Assembly (NCBI GenBank): GCA_964016885.1
Contig: OZ024741.1
Coordinates: 129,456,001-129,520,000, forward strand
Reading direction: 5' to 3'
DNA from: Eledone cirrhosa
Lineage: Eukaryota
DNA length: 64,000 nucleotides
A model generated the notes under the pieces. That model worked only from the letters and a program-made list of their open reading frames with translations, was not told the origin of the DNA and did no database searches. The position numbers and the translations under genes were made by a program. This document shows positions 52,850 to 64,000 of this stretch, piece by piece; positions within the stretch are counted from its first letter, which is position 1; each line of letters begins with the position of its first letter.

Positions 52850-53400
52850 TGAACAGGTGACTGGCTGGTTAGATTCTGGTGACTTTCAGGTCAAGCGAAA
52901 CCATGTTTATCCTCTGGGGATCATTTGCCTTCAGCCGACTAATCTATTGTTCTCAGCTATAGTCACCTCACAGTGTCAGACTAACTGCAAACCTAGAAGA
53001 AATCCAGCGAAGCCACACCAAGAAGATTGCCTCAATAAAGCTATACTCACTGCAACGAAGGCGGGAAAGATACGCAGTGATATACATGTGGTAGATTCTG
53101 GAAGGTCTAGCACCAAAGTTTGGCATTAGAGCTAGAATAAAATTTCGAACAGAACATTCCTGCACAGTGCCAAAGGTACCATCCTTCACATCTAGAGTAA
53201 GAACCAGATGCTGCAATAGCCCGTGGTTCAAGAGTCTCGAGTTCTTTAATACATGGTGTGAATGTAGATGTTTTCAAGAAGCATCTCAATATTCTGGTAA
53301 GATCTCAGGTGAACCCACAGCACGGGAAGAAGTACAAATAAGGGCAGCAGTAATAAACTCCTTCATACACCAATGGCAAACCAAAGAAAAGACAGACCCA
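52850..53400 (+). pseudogene. CR1-type LINE ORF2 C-terminal remnant
   Basis: Translation ...YSLQRRRERYAVIYMW*ILEGLAP... and GEPT...RAA. Confidence 0.7.
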
Positions 53401-53533
53401 GAACATTTAGCTACAATGGCAGTGCTCCAGCTTGTCCTCAGCCAATTGACTGGAACAGGTAAAGGAGTATATAAATGCACACATACACATACATACATTC
53501 ACACACACACACGCACACACACACACGCGCGCG

Positions 53534-53631
<98 letters not shown>

Positions 53632-53743
53632 CTTCAATAAAATTAATGCAAATAACTTAAACCATTGGTAATCAAATCAATCAGTATATATAAATGTGTG
53701 TGTGTGTGTGTGTTGTGGGTGTGTATGTATATATGTATATATG

Positions 53744-53775
<32 letters not shown>

Positions 53776-53778
53776 TAA

Positions 53779-53823
<45 letters not shown>

Positions 53824-54119
53824 TATACACACACATACAGAGGTTAGTTATTTTTATTTGTTTGTGACCGAAAATAAGATTCAACGAAAGATTTTAGAGA
53901 GAATTCATTCATTAAAAATACCTGCGAATTGTATATTAAATTTTATTATGACACCTTATTTCATGGAATTCTTTTAAATCTAATAGTACGTAAAATATGA
54001 GCCTTTAGAAGTGATGTAGGTGAAGGAAAGTAACTCTTTTAGCCATTTTACAGGAAGCCTAAAGTTATTTCCCTTGTTATAAAAATATGCGTCTGTAGAA
54101 ACAAATAAGGTTGTCCAGA

Positions 54120-54300
54120 AATTAATTGTTTCTACTTTAGGCACAAGGCCAGCAATTATCCAGTACATTACTGGTACTTTATTTTATCGACCCCGTAAGG
54201 ATGAAAGGCAAAGTTAACCTTGGCAGGATTTGAACTCAGACCGTAAAGGGACGTAACTATGCTAGAAAGCATGGCGTCCAACCCTCTACCGATACTGCCA
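54120..54300 (-). mobile_element. SINE copy
   Basis: Reverse complement of the SINE consensus. Confidence 0.85.
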
Positions 54301-55329
54301 ATTGTCCAGAAATTAATGCAGGTTTCTAATAACAAAAAAAAAAAAAAAAAATTGAAATAATATACTGCAGTTCAGAAAACGCTCTGTTAATCGAAATAAA
54401 AACCTTTCTCAGATTTGTTTCCACCACCTCTCGCTGTTATTCCATACAACCACCACCGCTTATTAAATGTCGCTCATTTATCTCCGGAGAATGTTTTCTT
54501 TATACATCAAAAACATTATACATGACATAAAAATGTACATTACTAGAAATCTCGTACATTATTAAAATAAAAAGGATAGGTTGGGGTCTCAATATGTAAA
54601 CTAAGCCACTAATTCTGGGTTTTTTTTTAAATCAACGAAGACAACATAGAAAAATTACTGATTCCTCCCCCCACCAATTATTCCAACTGGAATACTCAGC
54701 CACTTACACCAGGCCTACTTACTAATTGGTATCATCCTATATAAACAGTAACTGCGAATGTACCACTTGTTGCTTCACATCCTCAAAGTCATCGCCTCTG
54801 ACAACGTCTTTTCAATCACCATGAACAAGTGGCGACGCGTAGCCTAGTGGTAAGTGTGCTGGATTTAGGATCACAATGTCGTGAGTTCGATTCCTGTACT
54901 AGGTTGTATGTTGTGTTCTTGAGCAAATCACTTCATTTCTCGTTGCTCCTGTATACTCAGCTCAAAATGAGTAGCAAGGGGTTTAACAGTAGAAAATGCA
55001 CCCAGTTACACATACATAACATCAACAGACAAATGCATCATTACTTCATCAGCCACCATGCTAGCAGTACAGTTTCGCACATTAAAGTCGTAATACACTT
55101 TAACTGTCACCTTGTACAACAGAATGGAGCCTGCTACGTCACATAGGAGACAATAATAAAAACAAAGTTTAGACAGGAAAGATTTACTTGAGTCTTTCGA
55201 CCAAAGGAGATACATACGTGAATATTTACAACTAGAATTGAATGGACAACAAATTGTGCATGCATGTATGTATGTATGTATGTATGTATGTATGTATGTA
55301 TGTATGTATGTATGTATGTATGTATGTAT

Positions 55330-56320
55330 GTCCGGGAGAGATGACCCCTTAGCCTTTGTCAAGGCAGAATTCTAGGAGAAGGAAAACTCTGATATAACAC
55401 CTGCAACCCTGATGGTATCCAATGATGTTGACTTGTTCTTCTTTTTGGTAAATATCATCTTGGTTAAGAGAGTGGGACTGGCTTTGTGCAGTGCCTTTGC
55501 TCACTATAAAGCTTCACGGCACAGGCATTGCTTTATATCTGGAGTTCTCTCTGCACTTGTCATCACATGGTACCATGGGCCCAGCACTATGTGTCAATAA
55601 TTGTCACAAGTGTAGTGTTTGTAACCAGAGTTTTCAAGTCGCTGGCTGGACTAAAAAGTCACACTCGTTTAGCGCATCGGTAGGGGTTCTCCTACATGGA
55701 TATAAAGTAGTGGCCGTACTCGAAAACGAGTTGGCAGCCACCATGTATGTGTGTATGTATGTATGTATGTATGTATCAGGCCACTCTTCAGCGCTACAGG
55801 TGACATGTATCCCAGTACAACCTGTGCATGGTCGGGTCGTCGGTGACTAAACCGGCAACTATACCAAGCTTACTTGGTGAGGAGGGTGATTTGGGGCACT
55901 CTGCGGGATGAAAAACGAAACCCGTCAAAGGACGAAGGAACTCAAGAGAGTCAACGGTCATCCAATAAAATGCTTTTTTTTTTTTTTCTAGCGAGAGACT
56001 CCTAGTCTGCATTAAGACATCTCTCTAGAAGGTCACTCTGATATAAAACCTGTGACTTCATTTGCATCCAATGATGTAGACCTGTTCTTCTTTATGGGAA
56101 AATGTATACGATGTTCAGAGAGTGGGATTGGCCTCGTGCTTAAAAAAGTCTCAAGCACAGGCATCGCTTGAAAGGTGACGCTTTTTGTGATGCATGGTAT
56201 TGCTGGTCATAGGTAAGTCCCTAGCAGGACTAAAAAGCAACGCCCGTGATGATCATGTTTAAGTATAAAGCGATGGCATTACTTCAAATCGAGTTGCAGC
56301 CATTATGTATGTATGTATGT
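55330..56320 (+). repeat. Two diverged copies of an interspersed repeat associated with (TATG)n
   Basis: ACTCTGATATAA(C/A)ACCTG...TCCAATGATGT...GAGTTG(G)CAGCCA occurs at ~55386 and ~56035. Confidence 0.6.
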
Positions 56321-56478
56321 TTCGATATACACAGATATCCGGGAAAACCTGTATTCTAGCACGTCTTCAGAACTGAATCACTATATTTTAAAGGAAAACA
56401 CTGCTCCTCCTCTCTCCCTATCTATCTGTCTGCCTGCCTGCCTGCCTGCCTGACCGTCATCCTGTTCCTTTCTCTCTC

Positions 56479-56516
<38 letters not shown>

Positions 56517-56891
56517 CCACACACATACACACTCACTCCAAGACACCCACTTACGCACACATGGTGCCGTTGCCAAAATACTGTATTATATTATCAGTCG
56601 TTTGTTTGTATTTTCAGGAATATTATTTCAAGGTTTGTTTAGCAGCAGTTAAATGCGTATCTTCGTAAAATAGTTATGGCGTCAATTGTTCGCGTTGTTA
56701 TTTTCGTATATTTACAAACGACTCCTGATTTTGCAGAACACAGCTCCGATACTATGGGTATGTGGTTAGAATGAATTGAACTCACAACCTTTCGATTGCA
56801 AGGCCAATGCTCTAACCACTAAGCCATGTGCCTCCACATGTAAATGTATGTATCAATCGAAAGGTTGTCAGTTCAATTCATTCTAACCACA

Positions 56892-58558
<1,667 letters not shown>

Positions 58559-58660
58559 ATTTCAAATTTGCCGGTCATTCGATGCGGGAAGGAGCAACTT
58601 AACAGACACGATTTTTAACTGTGGTAAGAAATGTTTTTCTTATATCAAAGTTTAATGGGC

Positions 58661-58785
58661 TTCCACTGATGATTTATAAGTGCCCACCTAAATATATTCT
58701 TACATGAATGTATATTAAGCTTCTACATAAACTGGAAATATTCTCCGAATTTGTAGAAAACTTATAATGAAACAATTGTTTGGAA
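58661..58785 (+). ncRNA. Type I hammerhead motif with branched stem II
   Basis: TTCCA-CTGATGA-T-TTATAAGT...(two inner hairpins)...ACTTATAA-T-GAAA-CAATTG-TT-TGGAA. Confidence 0.8.
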
Positions 58786-58966
58786 TGAAAGATATATTTT
58801 AACTTTAATTATATCTCATAAAATAATACAACTGGCTTTTCCACATAATACATATTGTTAGCACCCCAAACACTTAAATTGGGTTTATATTAAAATATAA
58901 CCTAATGTTTGTTGAGTGAGATGGTTACCAGTCAGAGATTAGCTTTAAACTATCTCTGTTATTGTA

Positions 58967-59046
<80 letters not shown>

Positions 59047-59306
59047 GGCAAGAGCCCCAGGAGTGGATCCCGAACAAGATGGTTGGATAACATTCATTAG
59101 CTTAGCTGGTCACTGATAGGGATCCAGTCCCATCAGTTGGAGACGGTTGCTTCTGACAGAACCTGCTGGAAGGACTATTTGAGGAGTCTGCCCCCACCAC
59201 CCTCCCAGGAATAAGTGGGCGAAGAAGAAGAAGAAGAAGAAGAAGAAGAAGAAGAAGAAGAAGAAGAAGAAGAAGAAGAAGAAGAAGAAGAAGAAGAAGA
59301 AGAAGA
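59047..59306 (+). mobile_element. RTE-clade LINE 3' end with (GAA)n tail
   Basis: Peptide GKSPRSGSRTRWLDNIH, homologous to 25800-25920, then the tail. Confidence 0.7.
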
Positions 59307-59339
59307 CGATTGAAAAAAAATCACCAAATACTCCGAATT

Positions 59340-59560
59340 GAAAGTGGAGATGGCAAGACTGTTTGGATTTCGACAGCGACCACCAGGGAAAGAAAATGGT
59401 TAGTTATGTCCCGATATTTGGAAATCTTTCGCTCTTCTGCGTCACGGTCGGTTGTATCCAGGTTTGAGGCCGAAGTTACTAATTCGAAGAACGCGTCGTA
59501 GCACGTGGCAACCCAAATTAGGCGCTTGTCATCCTCACAATCGAGGCCAGCAGGTTCCAA
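59340..59560 (-). pseudogene. CRE-like restriction-like endonuclease remnant
   Basis: Peptide KRLIWVATCYDAF...AEERKISKYRDITNHFLSLVVAVE. Confidence 0.65.
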
Positions 59561-59677
59561 TTGAGATGAGTAACAGGCCGCATGAAGGCTTCTTCTGATA
59601 ACGTCGTTGACGAAGGCCTGCTGAGAGGCCGATTTAATTGGTTATTATCGTTGTTAACATTAAAAAAAAAACTTGAA

Positions 59678-59841
59678 CTCTTTACGTTCTGAGTTCAAAT
59701 TCCACCGAGGTTAGCTTTGCCTTTCATCCTTCTCTGGGTCGATAAAATAAAGTACCAGTAACACACTGAGGTCGATTTTACCGACTTTCTCCTCCCCCTT
59801 CAAATTGTTGGCCTTGTGCCTAAAGTAGAAACAATTATTAT
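59678..59841 (+). mobile_element. SINE copy
   Basis: SINE core and tail CCTTGTGCCTAAAGTAGAAACAATTATT. Confidence 0.85.
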
Positions 59842-60819
59842 CTAAAAAAAATAAAAGTTTAAAAAATTAAAAAGAAATAATTATTGTTGCGTATGAGACT
59901 CTGTCTCAGATTGTTGTTCGACTGATCAAGATCAGAGATCAGTGATCAGTTTCCAGTGCCTACCAGGTGAGGTCGACAAACTTGAACCCTGATTTAATTG
60001 ATTGTGTTATATCTTCTCGTACAGCTTCTTTCAATTTATGTATTGCCTTGTCCATAAAATACTTGCCATCGTCTTCGATATTTCAGTGCTGATATTCACG
60101 AAATACATTTACCACTATTAACATGAGAATGGTTTGACATTTGCTTCCCAAGCCCTCTACCAACAACGTCAATAAATGGTATTCGCTGTCTCTTTGTTCT
60201 TGTCCTGTCACAACCCCATATTGACTGATATATTTCCACGTTTGAAAACCAATTAACTCTTAACAACTTGTAATGATTTAGCAGAAACTATCTTTAAAAA
60301 TGGTTTTATTAATTCAAATATTTATAGTATCTTTACTGATGAATAGCTTGCCATAAACTAAAGTAAAAACTAATTTTTTATATGACGCAGTCAAAGTAGT
60401 GTTTTGAACTTTTCAAAGATGTCTTGCTAATGCGGTTTCATGTGGTACAGGATGTTAAGAGTTAAAGATACTATGGCATTTAAATGTAGAGACTTCAGAG
60501 TGAATTATACTTTTCTCGTAATAAAATTGATTTCTATCTAATGAAAATGATTGAAAATATTTTAACCGTGGGAAAATGGAAGTTTCTTTTCTCTTTCTAC
60601 AGTAGATGAAAATGAATTTTAGAAAAAGAAAAAGAAGAATAAAAAGAAAAAGAAAAAGAAAAAAGAAAAAGAAAAAGAAAAAGAAAAAGAAAAAGAAAAA
60701 GAAAAAGAAAAAAAGAACGAGATTTTTTGAAAGAAGAAAGCTGGAGTCCTTATTCATCTATCTATATACTACTAAAATTCTGTGATTGTGTGCTTGTCTG
60801 TAATTTAATACAGCGAAAA

Positions 60820-61595
60820 CTCTCTTCCCCTCATTCTCTTACAATTTCCCCTCTCTCACTAGACCACCAATCTATTTCCCCATCTATATATCCCACCACA
60901 TACACCTCTCTCTCTCTCACAATTCCCCCTCTCTCACTAAAACAACAAACTCTCTTCCTCTCACTCTCTTACAATTTCCCCTCTCTCACTAGACCACCAA
61001 TTTATTTCCCCATCTCTATATCCCACCACATACACCCCTCTCTCTCACAATTCCCCCTCTCTCACTAGACCATCAAATTCTCTCCTCCTCTCTATATCCC
61101 ACTACATACCTCACTCACTCTCACAATTCCCCTCTCTCGCTAAACCAACAAACTCTCTCCCCCTCACTCTATACCACTACATACTTCACTCGCTCACAAT
61201 TCACTCTCTCTCACTAGACCATCAATCAATCTCCTCCCCTCTATATCCTACTATATACTTCGCTCCCTCTCTCCCTCTCTTAATTTCCCCTCTCTCGTTA
61301 AACCAACAACTTCTCTGCTCCTCTCTCTATCCTACTACATATCTCACACTTTCTCTCACTAGACCACCAAATTCACTCCTCCTCTCTATATCTCACTACA
61401 TACCCCACTCTCTAACAATGCCCCCTCTCTCACTAAAACAACAAACTCTCTCTCCATCACTCTATACCACTACATACCTTACTCTCTCTCAACTCCCCCT
61501 CTCACTAGACCTCCACCAAATTCCCCCTCTATATTCAACTACATAACTCACTCTCTTTCACTCTCTTAATTCCCCCTCTTTCACTAGGCCAATAA
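60820..61595. repeat. Degenerate pyrimidine-rich tandem repeat (~45-70 bp subunits)
   Basis: Recurring TTCCCCTCTCTCACTAGACCA...CTATATCCCACTACATAC. Confidence 0.8.
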
Positions 61596-62533
61596 ACACA
61601 CACACACACACATATATGTGGGCCTTCCAATTTCATTTTAAATTGTAGACATGTCTGTGTATATTTTAACTATTTAAAAATTATTTTAAAATGAACATGG
61701 TTTATAAAAATTATATTTTTAAGCGAACGTAACTCAACGGGTGGTCTAGTATCTAAACTATAATAAAGTAAGGAGCGCAGGACTGCGTACGGTTTATAAT
61801 TTTTTATCCCATTAGTAAAATAAGTTGGATTACTTTGAATAAATAATGAATGAATATTACATAATTTCTCTACTAAATTTCGTGGCTGTTGATTAAATAT
61901 ATTTTGTTTATTTAAAGAATCACTTCTTTAACATTTCTGAAATGTCAACACTTCCGGTTAGCCATCGCTTAAATAAACATATTAATTTTCTGTCACTAAT
62001 TTTCTCCTAATGCAGTTTATATATAATATCGTCTTTTTTAATGTATCATGGATTACGTTACTGATTAAATAAGACAGTGTAACGCAGTCTTCGTTCAATT
62101 TCTATGTATTATATATTGTCAATTACGATTTTATTTGATGTATCATATCTACATGTATATATACCTGCGTATAATATCAATATACACACTACACATGCTA
62201 GCAGAAAACCACCCTTAGGCTGGTTTTTCTGCTAGTACATATAACAATATATTTATAACGTTCAGACAATACGCTGTATGTATAAAAGCTGGTGAGTTTG
62301 TTGGGTGAAGAGGATAGATTTGGAAGAGATTTACTAAGACTCTGTGCAGAGTTGGATTAAAGCTTTCTCCATGAGAGCAATGTTGTCGGAAGGTGCTGAA
62401 ATAGCTGCCGTCGAAACGGCCGGAGCTCAACCATCGGGGTCCTGACTCTTTTCCTATTACCCACTCTACTACGCATAGTATCGAGTACTCTGGTGCATTA
62501 CGGTCCACCTGGTTCCTTACCACACTTCCTTCG

Positions 62534-62596
<63 letters not shown>

Positions 62597-62732
62597 CATA
62601 TACTATATTATATTATATTATATACAAGTAGATGACCAGTTAGGATATTGTAACTGGTAGATCTCGAAGCATCTTGATGTAAGCACTCAACACTCTGAAA
62701 CATCGAAGATTACATCTGGTGGTCCAGGCGGA

Positions 62733-63130
62733 GTATATGAAATGAAGAATAAGTATGCAAAATGGGTTTTCACAACAATTTATTCTGAAACTTTACAAAT
62801 GTTTCGACACAAATTTGACGACTATACAGTGTGTTGGTTCCATAGTATCAATCCGTTCTCTTCAGATTGTCTTCCAAACATTATTTTTACCCAGCCCTGG
62901 TTCTCTGGAGAACCCAGGTGAAAAGATAGGGGAACTGATAAAATTCAATCTCTCCTCTCTCACTATCTGTTCCTCTATCTCTCCACGCCGGGTTCTCCAG
63001 AGTACCAGAAGTGGATATAAATAATGGTCGGAATACAATGCATAGTAGTCAAACCCGTCGAAATTTTTGCAATGGAAAATTTCAGAATAAATTGTAAACA
63101 CACATTTTGCATACTTATTCTTCACTATAT
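62733..63130. repeat. Diverged inverted repeat (~70-bp arms)
   Basis: TGAAGAATAAGTATGCAAAATG...ACAATTTATTCTGAAA versus its reverse complement at 63080-63124. Confidence 0.7.
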
Positions 63131-63136
63131 ATATAT

Positions 63137-63606
63137 ATTATAAGAACAGGTTTAAGTTTAAGCAAAGAATCGCTGCTTTTACCCCTAACGGGATCTTCTG
63201 AAACTAAAAAAAAAATCAATCTGTGGACGCAGAAGTAAATATTTCGAAAATCGTTACAACCGAAGAAAAACAGAAAGACGATACTTTGGTTCGTGAAGAC
63301 GTTCCCTGGCCTGGTTATCGAAATAAAAGGAACGACAACCAGGCCAGGGAACGTCTTTACGAACCAAAGTATCGCCTCTCTGTTTTCCTTCGGTTGTAAC
63401 GTTTTTCGAAATATTTACTTCTGCGTCCACAGATTGATTTTTTTTAGTTTCAGAAGATCCCGTTAAGGGTGAAAGCAGCGATTCTTTGCTTAAACTTTAA
63501 TATGTTCTTATAATAAATATTTGCTATACGGGTTTATATATATATTATATATATATAATCCTTATCGAGCCCTCTTCGGATTTTAGTCTTCACATTTATT
63601 ATTACG

Positions 63607-63607
<1 letters not shown>
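63137..63607 (+). mobile_element. PLE fold-back: ~180-bp palindrome arms plus tail (CAGAAGA family)
   Basis: Arms meet at CCCTGGCCTGGTT...AACCAGGCCAGGG. The tail CCTTATCGAGCCCTCTT matches 58420. Motifs at 63155-63205(-) and 63446-63496(+). Confidence 0.85.
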
Positions 63608-63650
<43 letters not shown>

Positions 63651-63721
63651 GGTGCCCCCAAAAGAGTATACACAAAACATCTTTTAAAAAAATGCATTAA
63701 ATTCTGTCTTATATGCATTAT

Positions 63722-63840
63722 TTGAGTTCAAATCCCGTCGAGGTTAACTTTGCCTTTCATCCTTACGGGATCGATAAAATAAAGTACCAGTAATGTACTG
63801 AGTAATTGCTGGCCTTGTGCCAAAAGTAGAAACAATTATT
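63722..63840 (+). mobile_element. SINE copy (5'-truncated)
   Basis: Box B, core and tail present. Confidence 0.85.
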
Positions 63841-64000
63841 TAGATTATGTAAACATTTAAATTATGTAAACACACACACGCGCACACGCACACGCACGCA
63901 CACACACGCACACACACACAGACACACACACACACACACACATATATGTATATATGTATATACATTTATATATATATGTATATATTAGAATGGGTGGTTT

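Noticed and set aside
59606-59640. Hammerhead-like TTGACGA-A-GGCCT..AGGCC-GATT
   Set aside because: Both core boxes are mutated and no stem I or III is evident.
63647-63720. Possible Tc1/mariner terminus TA|CAGGGTG
   Set aside because: No partner TIR or transposase is present in the window.

Overview
This is eukaryotic, microsatellite-saturated non-genic DNA. The repeat content resembles an octopus/cephalopod genome, but that assignment is an inference. No host protein-coding gene is recognisable, and most ORF-track entries are translations of (TA)n/(CA)n/(GGT)n repeats. The real content is mobile DNA. (1) A head-to-tail array of three Tx1-type (L1-clade) non-LTR retrotransposons at 12396-23852, each inserted at an (ATT)n tail; the last is full length with intact ORF1 and ORF2. 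(2) A sister Tx1-type family on the minus strand inserted in (TATC)n with a 23-bp target-site duplication. (3) Many tRNA-derived SINEs whose 3' end matches the Tx1 3' end. (4) Many Penelope-like element (PLE) remnants with GIY-YIG ORF ends, inverted terminal repeats and about ten families of type I hammerhead ribozyme motifs, including a U4A core variant and forms with a large branched stem II. (5) Fragments of CR1, RTE, R4/Dong-like, CRE-like, Tigger/pogo, Helitron-like and MITE elements. All RNA structures were paired by eye and all family names come from motif recognition, not database searches.
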